64,000 nucleotides of DNA, from contig CAWDOD010000002.1 in assembly GCA_963803805.1 (NCBI GenBank), forward strand, positions 224,001 to 288,000, in the 5' to 3' direction. This DNA is from an uncultured cyanobacterium. Its GTDB lineage: Bacteria > Cyanobacteriota > Cyanobacteriia > Cyanobacteriales > CAWCAG01. How positions within the stretch are numbered: position 1 is the first letter of the stretch; each line of letters begins with the position of its first letter. The position numbers and the translations under genes were made by a program. Below are positions 19,867-30,739 of this stretch, piece by piece. Below the pieces are notes generated by a model. The model made no database searches and had not been told where the DNA came from. It saw nothing but the letters and a program-made list of their open reading frames with translations.

Positions 19867-21465
19867 TTAGAGAGAAACTTTAACCGGAGTACGATTTTGC
19901 TTAAAGTCTACTTCTAAGGGCTTAATCAAAGACTTACCAGTCATTTCTTGGGGTTGAGGTAACTGCAAAATCTCTAAAATAGTTGGGGCAAGATCTGCTA
20001 AACAACCATCGGGGCGCATCTCCACTTCTGTACCATAGCCAGGGATTTTCCTTGCTTCTCCTTCAACGATGATCAAGGGTACAGGATTAGTGGTATGAGC
20101 CGTCCAAGGATTGCCTTGTTCATCCCACATATACTCGGAGTTACCGTGATCAGCAGTAATCAGAGTAGTGCCACTAACTTTATTCACACTTGCTAAAAGC
20201 TGACCTAAACATTTGTCTACTGCTTCGATAGCTTCTACGGTTTCCTTCATTTTTCCTGTGTGACCAACCATGTCTGGGTTAGCGTAGTTAATAACTACTA
20301 AAGAGTAAATACCCTTTTCAATGGCTGTACAAGCAACTTCTGTTACTGCGGCGGCGGACATAGCTGGGGCGCGGTCATAGGTGGCAACCATCGGGCTAGA
20401 AATTAGCTGCCGTTCTTCTCCTGGGAAGGGTTCTTCCAAACCACCATTAAAGAAATAGGTTACGTGGGGATACTTTTCTGTCTCTGCTGTCCGAAACTGT
20501 TTCAAATCATGGTTAGCAATCACTTCCCCTAGTATATTGCTCAAGTTTTGAGGTTCAAAGGCTACAGCAACAGGCAAAGTGGGATCATATTGCGTAAAGG
20601 TAAGAAAGTGCAAAGGTTCAATTAATTCTCGCTCAAAGCCATCAAATTTTGGGCTGACAAAAGCGCTAGTTAATTGTCTAGCTCTGTCTGGACGGAAATT
20701 AAAGAAAATGACTCCATCTCCTGGTTCAATTGCTCCTGGGGCTAATCTGGTGGCAGGAATAAACTCGTCAGTAATGTCTTCTTGATAAAAAGATTTTAAA
20801 ACATCAACCCCAGACCGACCATCTACGGGGCCATCATGAACCATAACATCATAGGCCTGTTTAACCCGCTCCCAACGTCGGTCGCGGTCCATAGCATAGT
20901 AACGACCGCAGATGGTGGTAATACGCCCGACCCCCTGGTTTTGGATAGCTTCTTCTAGCTTTTCTAAAGCAGATACCCCTGCAGTAGGTCTAGTATCACG
21001 ACCATCTGTAAAGGCATGGATACAAACATCTGTAATCCCTTGGGACTTAGCTAAGTCAAGTAAGCCATCAAGATGTTGCAGATGGGAATGTACACCCCCT
21101 TCAGAACAAAGACCCATTAAATGTAATTTGCCCCCGGAAGATTTTACTTTTTCGCAGATTTGCAATAAAGCAGAATTAAGTAAAATAGAGCGATTTTCTA
21201 CTGCATCGCTGATGCGTACCAATTCTTGAGGAACAACTCTTCCTGCACCTATATTAAGATGACCTACTTCTGAGTTTCCCATTTGACCATCGGGCAGTCC
21301 CACGGCTTTACCAGAAGTGTTGATGAGAGTTCTTGGGTAGGTTTCCCAAAGACTATTCATTACTGGTATTGTGGCATTAGCAACTGCGTTGCCATCTGTT
21401 TCCCGGCGATAACCCCAGCCATCTAAAATGACTAAGACTACGGGAGATACCGTTGTCTGAATCAT
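19867..21465 (-). CDS. gpmI: 2,3-bisphosphoglycerate-independent phosphoglycerate mutase
   Basis: ILDGWG, GQMGNSEVGH, NPDMVGHTG, TADHGN. Confidence 0.97.
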   Translation of the reverse strand: MIQTTVSPVVLVILDGWGYRRETDGNAVANATIPVMNSLWETYPRTLINTSGKAVGLPDGQMGNSEVGHLNIGAGRVVPQELVRISDAVENRSILLNSALLQICEKVKSSGGKLHLMGLCSEGGVHSHLQHLDGLLDLAKSQGITDVCIHAFTDGRDTRPTAGVSALEKLEEAIQNQGVGRITTICGRYYAMDRDRRWERVKQAYDVMVHDGPVDGRSGVDVLKSFYQEDITDEFIPATRLAPGAIEPGDGVIFFNFRPDRARQLTSAFVSPKFDGFERELIEPLHFLTFTQYDPTLPVAVAFEPQNLSNILGEVIANHDLKQFRTAETEKYPHVTYFFNGGLEEPFPGEERQLISSPMVATYDRAPAMSAAAVTEVACTAIEKGIYSLVVINYANPDMVGHTGKMKETVEAIEAVDKCLGQLLASVNKVSGTTLITADHGNSEYMWDEQGNPWTAHTTNPVPLIIVEGEARKIPGYGTEVEMRPDGCLADLAPTILEILQLPQPQEMTGKSLIKPLEVDFKQNRTPVKVSL

Positions 21466-21691
21466 AATTATTTCCTCTATAAGTTAAATTTCTTCAACGC
21501 AATGATGATAACACTGAGACTTGTCTTGCTTATGTAGTTTCTGCTTAGAAAGCGTTTGCTTTGTGCATTGTACATACTTACGGTCGTTGAGGATTGGCAC
21601 GGAAGAATTGCAAACTACTCACATTAGGTTTGTGTTTTCTCTTAAATAATATAGCAATCTGATTTGATTGGGAAGTAGGGGCTTGAATTAC

Positions 21692-23278
21692 TTAAATTAT
21701 TGGTAAGCTAACTGTGACTGTCGTACCTTGATTTTTTCCTGGGCTGTCTATGTTGATACTGCCTCCCATCAAAGTTATTAACTTATGAGCTACAGATAAT
21801 CCTACTCCATTTCCTCCATAACTACGGGTTGTTGAACCATCAGCCATCACAAAAGGCTCAAATATCTTACTCAAATTTTGCGGTTCAATGCCAATACCAG
21901 TATCTTGGATAGTTGCTAAGGCCATGGACTTTTCACCAAAATCCGTATTATTTTGGACTTGAATTTTCGTATCAACGGTAATACTGCCAGTGGTAGTAAA
22001 TTTAATAGCATTATCAAGAATACTAAAAAAGACTTGCTTTAGTTTCCTAAAGTCCGCTTTTACTAAAAGAGATTCTGAAGGCTTATTAACTTTGAACTGG
22101 AGATTTTTTTTGTGCATTCGAGGCTGTTTTAAAGATATAGCTTCTTGCAAACAATCGTACAAATCTATTTCTTGTAAATCTAAAGAAAGTTGTCCCGCTT
22201 CGAGAACAGATAAATCTAAAACATCATCAATTAAACTAATTAAATGTAAGGCAGAATTATTAGCTTCTTGGATTAGTTCTTGTTGTTCTTCTTCATCGTC
22301 GTACAAATCATCTTTGAGGATTTGTAAGCAACCAGTAATACCGTTGAGGGGGGTACGTAGTTCGTGGGAAATATTTTTTAAAAACTCATCCTTTAGCTGA
22401 TTCATTTCCCGCAAGGCAATATTTTTAGCCTTTAATTGCTGAGTGAAATCGACTCTTTCAGCTTCTATCTGTTTGCGTTCAGTAATATCTTGAAAAGCAA
22501 TGATAGCATGACTAATATTGCCTACCGAATCTAGTATTGGTGTTCCCCATACTTCTAGAGGAATAACCTTGCCGTCACGATGGACTTCCATATTATCAAC
22601 ACTACAGCTTTCTCCCTTCAAAGCTCGCAGACTAGGGCTTTGCCATTGAGGATAAGCTAAATTAGTTCCGGCTAAGTAAATTGAGGTACTAATATTTTCT
22701 GTACTTGTTTGATTGTGACAAAAAATTTGGCAATCGCCAAATAAATCTTCCGCTCTTTGGTTAGAATAAGAAGTATTGCCATCTCCTTCTAGAACTACAA
22801 CTCCTACAGGAATAGCATCTAAAAAAGCTACCATTCTCCTGAGACTTTCTCTTTCTGCTTGAGTTTTTAGTTCTTGCATTGCCCAATGGGTTTCTAGTAA
22901 GCGTTGTACTCGCTTACGTAAAACTTGCCATTGTATGGGTTTAGGAATAAAATCTATAGCCCCAACTTCAAAAGCTTTTTGTACAGATTCACGATCATCA
23001 AGGGCTGTTACCATTAAAATAGGAGGACAATCCTTGCCGTAAAGGCCATGTAGTTTGGCACAACAGGTAAAACCGTCCATTCCTGGCATCAACCCATCCA
23101 GCAAAACCATGTCTGGCTTTGCTGTGGGAAAAATTTCTAGACAGGCTTCTCCACTATCAGCTTCAAAGACAGTATAGTCCTCCTGTTCCAAGGACTTACG
23201 AGATAGCTGTCTGGTCATTCGATTATCGTCTACTATCAAAATAACCGCAGATTTTTGCAAAAGGTTTAAACCTGTCAT
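21692..23278 (-). CDS. Hybrid receiver-PAS-histidine kinase
   Basis: N-terminal REC (LIVDDN, LLDGLMP), PAS/PAC, ISHELRTPL, DTGIGI, GVGLS. Confidence 0.9.
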   Translation of the reverse strand: MTGLNLLQKSAVILIVDDNRMTRQLSRKSLEQEDYTVFEADSGEACLEIFPTAKPDMVLLDGLMPGMDGFTCCAKLHGLYGKDCPPILMVTALDDRESVQKAFEVGAIDFIPKPIQWQVLRKRVQRLLETHWAMQELKTQAERESLRRMVAFLDAIPVGVVVLEGDGNTSYSNQRAEDLFGDCQIFCHNQTSTENISTSIYLAGTNLAYPQWQSPSLRALKGESCSVDNMEVHRDGKVIPLEVWGTPILDSVGNISHAIIAFQDITERKQIEAERVDFTQQLKAKNIALREMNQLKDEFLKNISHELRTPLNGITGCLQILKDDLYDDEEEQQELIQEANNSALHLISLIDDVLDLSVLEAGQLSLDLQEIDLYDCLQEAISLKQPRMHKKNLQFKVNKPSESLLVKADFRKLKQVFFSILDNAIKFTTTGSITVDTKIQVQNNTDFGEKSMALATIQDTGIGIEPQNLSKIFEPFVMADGSTTRSYGGNGVGLSVAHKLITLMGGSINIDSPGKNQGTTVTVSLPII

Positions 23279-24005
23279 ATTTTTTCTATGGAAAATATTG
23301 ACTCCAGGAATTTAGTCATGACTACTTCAGCTTTATTTAATAGACATTTCCGAAAACCAAAAATAAAATCAATTCTCATATTGAAATCATTGATTATTCC
23401 TGCTATTCCCTGTTCCCCGTTCCCGATTCCTTCTTTTCCGGAGATGTCTAAATAAAGCAATTACTGACGTTGAATATTTTAGTAATAATCCATTAAATTA
23501 TTGGACATTTTTGTTCATTGAATAATGACTAATCAAATTAATCCCTATTGTATGTCAATAATTAATGAAGATAATGACTGAAGTAAACATAATCGTTAGC
23601 TACTTGAGGTTACTAAAAAAATTCTGTTAATGTATTTATAGCTACAGCTTAAGTAGCTATTTTTTGTTCTTTGTTTGTTATATTTAGTAGAATGTTTGTA
23701 ATATACCATGAATAAATCTAACCTTACTATACGGTATTCCTTTCATAAAGAAATATATATAAATAAAGCAGGACAAACAATGATAAGACAAAGGTAAAGA
23801 GACAATTTTGAGAGCTTGCTGTCTCTCAATTTCAGTATTCCCAAAAAATAAAGCTTATTAATTAAAGCTACCTAATTTTAATCATTTGAGGTTTAGTTAG
23901 CTTCCAAGCGAAGCTACCTAATTACTAGGCAAGATATTTTTTAGTAAAGAATTAATATAGTTTTGCCAAAGTTCTGTAAAGCCAAAATATAAATCTTGAC
24001 AGATA

Positions 24006-24044
24006 CAATCTAGCCACAGTCAAGATTTGCTTGTGGCTAGATTG
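24006..24044 (-). terminator. Hairpin downstream of the DUF2555 gene
   Basis: 13-bp perfect stem CAATCTAGCCACA / TGTGGCTAGATTG. Confidence 0.55.
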
Positions 24045-24075
24045 AAAGTATTGCGTAACCTAGAAAATAAACAAT

Positions 24076-24288
24076 TTAAGCTTCGTCGTAAGCCTCAATA
24101 TCTAGCAAATGGAGATAAGGTTTGGCTAATTCAGTACGTTGAAAAGCAATAGCCCGCAGAAGATGCCAATCTGACAAAGCTTCAAAAGGACTAGAATATT
24201 CGTCCTTTTCTAAACGCTTAGCCAATTGTGCCACCTCATCTGATGTCAAAGCAGAAATTTTCTGTTTGGAAATACTTAGTGTCGTCAT
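24076..24288 (-). CDS. Small conserved cyanobacterial protein (DUF2555-like)
   Basis: LAKRLEKDEYSSPFEALSDWHLLRAIAFQR. Confidence 0.75.
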   Translation of the reverse strand: MTTLSISKQKISALTSDEVAQLAKRLEKDEYSSPFEALSDWHLLRAIAFQRTELAKPYLHLLDIEAYDEA

Positions 24289-24421
24289 AACCTTACTTCC
24301 CCAAGATACTCAAAGTACCAAATATAGTTTAACTCTCCCAGGGACATTTATTCTTTAATTTATTTATCTGCTCCATCTCGGATAAAATTGAGCATGATAT
24401 GCAAGCAATATATACATTCAG

Positions 24422-25384
24422 ATGCGAATATTAGCTCTTGTTCCCGGCGGAATTGGCGACCAAATTCTGTTCTTCCCAACTCTTGCTGACCTCAAGCAGC
24501 ACTATGAAGATGCCACCATTGATGTCATGGTGGAACCTCGCGCTAAAAGTGCTTACCGAGTTTGTCAATCTGTCCATGAAGTAATCACCTTTAATTTTTC
24601 AGATCGCAATGGTATGGCAGACTACCTCAACCTGTTAGGAGTTGTACGCGATCGCGAGTACGATATTGCTATTTCTGTTGTTGATAATTGGACTGTGGGG
24701 TTACTACTTTGGCTCAATGGTATTCCCCTTCGAGTTGGCTACATTGGTTCGAGTTCTTGGTTTTTAACCAGTGCTGTACCTCTAAAAACAGAACAGTATA
24801 CTGCTTATAAGTACCATGATCTTCTTCAAGGTTTAGGTATTCACTCCCCTTGTCCTCAACCGCAAGTCAATGTCCCTAAACAGGATATTGCTTGGGCTGA
24901 AGAAGAACAAAAATCTTTAGGCATTGGTGAAAGTGGCTACATTCTAATCCACGGTGGGGCGAGTAAAATTTCTTTAGTTGAGGGAATTAATAAAATCTAT
25001 CCTGTTGGCAAATGGCAGCAAGTTATCGAGGATATTCAAACAAAACAGCCTGAGTTACCAATTGTTCTTTTACAAGGGCCAGATGACCAAGAATGGGTAG
25101 GAATGATGAAACAAGCTTGTCCAAACCTCAAGGTAATCGCGCCAGGGGATATTGGCAAGCTAGCAGCAACCATTGCTGGGGCTAATTTGATGTTGTGTAC
25201 CGATAGCGCCCCTTTGTATCTATCCCTAGCTGTAGAAACCTATACTATTGCTTTATTTGGTCCTACAGAAGCTAAAAAGCGCCTTCCTCCTGATAGAAAA
25301 AATTGTGTGGGCATTCAATCTCCTACTAAGGCGATCGCGGATATCGAACCCCAACAAGTTCTCGAACAAATGTGGCGCGGTTGA
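24422..25384 (+). CDS. Glycosyltransferase family 9 (heptosyltransferase-like)
   Basis: GGIGDQIL, CTDSAPL, IALFGPT. Confidence 0.9.
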   Translation: MRILALVPGGIGDQILFFPTLADLKQHYEDATIDVMVEPRAKSAYRVCQSVHEVITFNFSDRNGMADYLNLLGVVRDREYDIAISVVDNWTVGLLLWLNGIPLRVGYIGSSSWFLTSAVPLKTEQYTAYKYHDLLQGLGIHSPCPQPQVNVPKQDIAWAEEEQKSLGIGESGYILIHGGASKISLVEGINKIYPVGKWQQVIEDIQTKQPELPIVLLQGPDDQEWVGMMKQACPNLKVIAPGDIGKLAATIAGANLMLCTDSAPLYLSLAVETYTIALFGPTEAKKRLPPDRKNCVGIQSPTKAIADIEPQQVLEQMWRG

Positions 25385-25520
25385 AAGAGAGTTTTTGTCT
25401 GTGATGAGGGTGATGAGGCCTTCAATAAATTTGAGGGCTTCATAATTAGCAATGGAGAATTATTAAAATATCAATACCGATAAATGCCTTGCCCTCATCA
25501 GAGTCTGAAATGTTTAATGT

Positions 25521-26246
25521 TTATTCCTTTTCCTCTACTACAACCACAGTAATATTATCGGAACCACCTTCTTTTTTCGCTTCTTCAACTAAATCTTTAA
25601 CTATCTGTTCAGAAGAGAAATTAGTAACTAAATAAGAACCAATAACTTTATCTGATAACTCTTCAGTCAATCCATCACTACACATCAATAAGCGATCGCC
25701 GGGTTTAACTTCTAGGGTTTGAATTTCAATATGTTGTAAATCTTTACGACCTAAACATTGGGAGAGAACGTGTCTCCAAGGGTGTATTCTCGCCTGTTCA
25801 AGGTTTAAATCTCCTGCTTTCATAGCCCTTGATACCCAGGTATGATCCTCTGTAATTTGTTCTAATTCCGAGCCTCGCAGCCGATAGAGGCGGGAGTCTC
25901 CTACATGGGCGCACCACGATTCTCCTTGACGGAAAATCATCACTACTGCTGTGGTTCCCATATCACCCCTTTCTGGGTTGCTTTGTTGATCTTCAACAAT
26001 AGCTAAATTAGCTTTTTCCAAAGCTTCATTTAATAGTTCACTTGAGGCTCTAGGAGAGTCCCAATAATCTTCCAAGTCTTTTTTTACTACTTCTGTGGCA
26101 ATATGACTAGCCTCTTGACCACCAGCATGACCTCCCATTCCGTCAGCGACAATAAAAAAGCGCCCCTCTGGATCTATGTAGTAATCATCCTGATTGACAG
26201 AGCGTACTAGTCCCGGATCGCTTAGACCCGCGAAGCGTCGTTTCAT
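25521..26246 (-). CDS. PP2C-type Ser/Thr phosphatase (Stp1/PphA-like)
   Basis: VADGMGGHAGG, HVGDSRLY, CSDGL, GSDNITVV. Confidence 0.92.
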   Translation of the reverse strand: MKRRFAGLSDPGLVRSVNQDDYYIDPEGRFFIVADGMGGHAGGQEASHIATEVVKKDLEDYWDSPRASSELLNEALEKANLAIVEDQQSNPERGDMGTTAVVMIFRQGESWCAHVGDSRLYRLRGSELEQITEDHTWVSRAMKAGDLNLEQARIHPWRHVLSQCLGRKDLQHIEIQTLEVKPGDRLLMCSDGLTEELSDKVIGSYLVTNFSSEQIVKDLVEEAKKEGGSDNITVVVVEEKE

Positions 26247-26295
26247 ATGCTTGTTGCTTGAAATACAAATTTACAAATTTACTAACTGAGGGCTA

Positions 26296-28051
26296 TCAGT
26301 ATCTATCAAGGCGGTCAATTCGTCTTAATAGACGGAATAAGGCGAATCCAGCAGCGATCGCTGCTAAAACAACGATAACAGCAAACCCTACTTTGCCATT
26401 AACTAGAAGGATAGTAGCCGACAAAGTAAAGGCACTAACTAATAAAGTATAGTTGGTTCCTAGCTGAATAGCACTGATTTTCCTGAAAACTCGGTCTGAT
26501 TCTGTGGATCTAACTCTTACTCTAATGTCTCCCCTTTCTAGTTTGTCAAGGGTATCTTCAATACGTCGTGGCAAACTTAATGCTGTTGTACTGACTTTAG
26601 CTGCTTGCCGGCCAATTTCATTAAAGATGCTGTTGTCAAAATTACCGTCTTCATTACTCATAAGTCGCATTGCAAAGGGTTGGGCAACCTCCATAAAGTT
26701 AAACTCAGGATCTAATCCCTTACCTACACCTTCTAAGGTAGAAAAGGCACGCATAACAAAGGTAAAGGTAGCGGGAAAACGAAAAGGTTGGTCGTAGGCA
26801 ATTTCGTAAAGATCATCGCTGATAGCGCTTACAGACTGTTCTTCAAAAGGTTGGTCCATAAAGTTGTCTAGCATATACTGAATAGAGCGTCGTACTGCTC
26901 CCATGTCCCCTGTCGGGGTCAAAGCGCCAAGTTCTATCAGGGAATTCACCACTCTATCGGAGTTTTTTTCTGCAATCCCGTATAGGGTTTGCATTAATTT
27001 TTCCCGAATATTTGCCTTAATCTGCCCCATCATACCGAAGTCATAAAAAATTAGGGAGCCTTCTGGACTGACAGCTAGGTTACCTGGGTGGGGATCAGCA
27101 TGGAAAAATCCATCGTTGAGTAGTTGTTGGAGGTAAGCTTTCTGCCCCTAATCTAGCTAGAACTTTCCTGTCTAAACCTGCTGCTTCAATCGCTTCGTAG
27201 TGACTAATTTTAATGCCGGGCAGATACTCTAAAGTGAGAACCCTTAAAGATGTGTAGCGCCAATATACACGAGGTACTTTGACCCAATTTTGAGTTCTGA
27301 AGTTGCGACGAAAAGTGTCGGCATTACTTCCTTCATTAAGATAGTCGGTTTCTTGCCAAAGGATTCGACAGCACTCATCGTAAATACCTAGCCAATCTCG
27401 ACCTTTTCCCCAACGCGGATGATTTTGGAAATAAATAGAAATTCTTTTCAGGATGGCGAGATCAATGGTAAAAAGTTGTTTCAATCCCGGCCGTTGGATT
27501 TTGACAACTACTTCTTCTCCACTATAGAGTTTGGCTTTATGAACCTGACCTAAACTAGCTGCTGCTAGGGGGACAGGATCGAAACCAGCAAATAGTTTAG
27601 TGACAGGTTTACCTAAGTCTTTTTCGACAATTTCCACCGCCTGTTGATAGTCAAAAGCAGGAACCTGATCTTGTAGTTTACTTAATTGTTCTACATATTC
27701 AGAAGGAAATAAGTCAGCGCGGGTGGAAAATAATTGACCTACTTTGATAAAAGTTGGCCCTAACTCTAATAAACTTTCGCGAATCCAAGCAGCTTGCTTT
27801 TTACGCCTTGCTAGGCGCTTCTCTTCTGTATATCCTCCTAAATAACTCCACTTTTTGCCATCACGCCAAAATTGAGATAAAAGCCGCAGCACAAAAGTCC
27901 AAATGTCTAGCCTTCGTCGAGTGCGAGAGTAGTTCTCTCGATTCCATTTATAGGTATTTTTTTCCTTCTCTAAGGAAGGTAAATCCTCTGAATCAAGAGA
28001 GTTGGAGGAATATTGAATAGAAGTTGTGGAGTCTTGAGGAAAAGCAGACAC
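26296..28051 (-). CDS. AarF/ABC1/UbiB atypical kinase, apparent 1-nt frameshift at ~27140
   Basis: LGPTFIKVGQ, AAASLGQVH and VVKIQRP lie in one frame; [10 protein letters not shown] and DFGMMG continue in another frame after an extra base. Confidence 0.85.
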
Positions 28052-28120
28052 TCGATTTCCTAAAATCTAAATAATTTTTGCTCAAAAAATTGTTTTTTTA
28101 TGGTTCAGTTACAGTAACTG

Positions 28121-28447
28121 TTAAATCGACTCAGTGGTGACGTAAAGTTTTAGCTCTGTACGCATCCGAGCAATTTCTGCTCTGAGTTCGTCGATAGTTT
28201 GTTGCAAGTCAGCAGGAGGAGAGTTAATGGAGACAGAGGTATTGCCCGGTGTGGTGTTTACTTCTCCTTGTGCTTGTTCAGCCTTCGCCATCACCTTGGC
28301 TGTAAATTGTCGCAGATTTTCCCTTTGTTCGGCATCAAATTTACCTAGTTCGCTCAAAGCATTAGTGAAAGTATCTTCTAACTGTTCTCCTAAAACTTCA
28401 GCGAAAGCCCTACCCAGAAAAAAGGCATGAATGACAGGATTACTCAT
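28121..28447 (-). CDS. Conserved cyanobacterial hypothetical protein
   Basis: [36 protein letters not shown], upstream of the ABC1 kinase. Confidence 0.8.
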   Translation of the reverse strand: MSNPVIHAFFLGRAFAEVLGEQLEDTFTNALSELGKFDAEQRENLRQFTAKVMAKAEQAQGEVNTTPGNTSVSINSPPADLQQTIDELRAEIARMRTELKLYVTTESI

Positions 28448-28548
28448 GAAAATAATTTATTTTATGTTTCGTTACAAATTATATCTTGCTTCCTCAGTTA
28501 CTGGGGTTTAGTGAAGTTATCGGTTTTGGCTGGTTGATCCCAATAATC

Positions 28549-28577
28549 TTGACAAGAAAAGAAAATTTGCTTACAAT
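28549..28577 (+). promoter_or_regulatory. Sigma70-type promoter of tRNA-Gly
   Basis: TTGACA-17 bp-TACAAT just upstream of the tRNA. Confidence 0.75.
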
Positions 28578-28590
28578 AACAAAGCGTTAT

Positions 28591-28662
28591 GCGGGTATAG
28601 CTCAGTGGTAGAGCGTCACCTTGCCAAGGTGAATGTCGCGCGTTCGAATCGCGTTACCCGCT
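28591..28662 (+). tRNA. trnG-GCC: tRNA-Gly (GCC)
   Basis: Acceptor stem GCGGGTA/TACCCGC; anticodon arm TCACC-TTGCCAA-GGTGA; T-loop GTTCGAATC; CCA not encoded. Confidence 0.97.
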
Positions 28663-28845
28663 TTTAGAAACATGAAAGAGCTAATTTTACTAAAAAAATA
28701 GTTAACAAATCTCTACTCAGAACTGAAGCAATTAACAGGTATTGAATCTTGTACAGTTTTGAAAAAGTCGGGAGTAGGGACTGGGGAGTAGAAGAAAACT
28801 TTCTTTGTCTTGAGATTAAAAGCTCGCCAAGGAAATGAGCAAAGC

Positions 28846-30426
28846 CTAAAGTTGTTCTGCTACTTGCAAAATTTCCTTGATTTCTTCTCGCCAACTCAAA
28901 ACTTTATCTTTCAAATTTTTACTTGCCGTAATTTTATGTTCTAACTCACTAATTCTTGGTTGCAGAGAATCAGTAAATTGCTTTAAACTTGCCACTAGCT
29001 CTTTTTGCAAACCTTGTCGTAATTCTTCGGTATAATTTTTCTCTAATTCAAATATATTTTCTTCTAATTGTTGTTTTGCTTTTTCCCTTTGCTGTGGTAC
29101 TGCGTTGAGGCTAAATAAAGTTAGCATCAACGCTAAAATAAGAGCAGATAAATCAAAAAGGGCCGCAGTTGCTACTACGTGTCCCCCTATGCCTGTGGCA
29201 GCAGCAGCAGTACCAAAAGTAAGAAAGTTATTAAAACCTTTTTGAGAGGCAATTTTCAGCTTTTCAGAAATTTCGCTAACATCAAGCTTTTGGGTTTCTA
29301 AGGTGGGAACAGAAAAAGAATCTTCAGAGATGCTCGCAGCAAGCTGTAAGTCTTCTTTAGCTTCCCGAATAATACGTTCTCGATACTTAAGCAAAGTAGC
29401 TGCTGCTTCTTTGACAATATCATCCATAGTTTGCTCTAGCTGCACTTCTTTGATTGCCTTAGCAATTTTTTGTTCTAGTAAATCATCTTCCCTGGTTAGG
29501 CGCTGTTTAATTAAAGTTAAAAAAGCCAAACTACTATCAATAATTTGGTTCAATTGCTGAATGAGGCGACTAAAAACATCGCCTACTTTCTCTTCAAAAA
29601 CTCCAAAGATCAAATCATACTGCTCAATGCGTTCCTCAATACGTCTTAGGGTTTGATCAAAAACTTTCTTTTCTGCTATTATTTTCTCTCGTGCTTCTTG
29701 GTTTTTTCGCTCCAATTGTTCTAGATAAACTAATAAAGAACGTTGTGGCCCTTGGAGTTTCAATTTAACTTTTTCTGTATCAACTAAAAGTTCTAACAAA
29801 TAGTCTCGCAACTTATCAACACCATCGCCTGTTCGGGCCGAAACTGCAAAAATAGGTGGGACTTGAGAAAATACTACTTGTAAGCCTTCTTGAACATAGA
29901 AAATAACTTGCTCTATTTCTTGAGAATCAGCTAAATCAACTTTGTTAATAGCAACAATAGCTTGGCGTACCCAAGTATTATTAACTAAACGAAGAAAATC
30001 TTGCTCTGATTTTGTTAAAGGTCTTTCTATAGAAGTAACAAATAAAATAATATCTGCTCTTTGCAAATAGTTTTCTGTCTGCTCTTGATGTTCTTCAACA
30101 ATTGAATTAGTTCCCGGACTATCAATAAATACTAATCCATCAAAGCCTTCTGGGTAGTACGCTTCTAGAGAACTTGTGGTAGGTAAAATACCTACTGCTG
30201 CCAGCTTTTCTTCTCCTAACTTATTGAGGAGACTCGATTTACCAGAGTTGAATTCTCCGCAAACAAAAATAGAAAAAGGATTCTCTAACTGTTCTTGAAG
30301 AGCGGTGAAATTTGGTTCAGAATGAGAAAATAACTCTCTTGCCTCGGTAAATAGTTCTCTGACTCCGGCAATAGTTTTTAGGCTGCGTTCAAAAAGAGGT
30401 TTATGTTCTTCTAAAGGGCTATTCAT
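28846..30426 (-). CDS. Dynamin-like GTPase (LeoA/CrfC-type)
   Basis: G1 GEFNSGKS, G3 DSPG, G4 NKVD, helical stalk with hydrophobic paddle. Confidence 0.8.
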   Translation of the reverse strand: MNSPLEEHKPLFERSLKTIAGVRELFTEARELFSHSEPNFTALQEQLENPFSIFVCGEFNSGKSSLLNKLGEEKLAAVGILPTTSSLEAYYPEGFDGLVFIDSPGTNSIVEEHQEQTENYLQRADIILFVTSIERPLTKSEQDFLRLVNNTWVRQAIVAINKVDLADSQEIEQVIFYVQEGLQVVFSQVPPIFAVSARTGDGVDKLRDYLLELLVDTEKVKLKLQGPQRSLLVYLEQLERKNQEAREKIIAEKKVFDQTLRRIEERIEQYDLIFGVFEEKVGDVFSRLIQQLNQIIDSSLAFLTLIKQRLTREDDLLEQKIAKAIKEVQLEQTMDDIVKEAAATLLKYRERIIREAKEDLQLAASISEDSFSVPTLETQKLDVSEISEKLKIASQKGFNNFLTFGTAAAATGIGGHVVATAALFDLSALILALMLTLFSLNAVPQQREKAKQQLEENIFELEKNYTEELRQGLQKELVASLKQFTDSLQPRISELEHKITASKNLKDKVLSWREEIKEILQVAEQL

Positions 30427-30739
30427 GTTGAACCAGACTTTTGTAAGCTACTTATATTAGGGCAGAGAATTCGCTTCAAGCTACAGGTAATAGGTAAGAA
30501 CATTTATCTATATAATTTTGTGAAAGTACTTTTTGGACACAAAGATTATGCTTCGATTGAGATTAACTTAATGAATATTCTGCTCTCATGTCAACTTGAT
30601 TAGGAATTAGTTATTAGTTGAGGCAAATACATCTTAAGACTGATAAATTAACTAGACATTTGCTATTTCTGATCAAAATTTGACTATTTAACAAAATTAT
30701 CCGGAGCGAAAATAATACTCGAAAAACAGGTCACTCCCA

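Noticed and set aside
23275-23460. 61-aa ORF upstream of the hybrid kinase
   Set aside because: Contains translated heptamer repeat sequence (GIGNGEQGIA); likely spurious
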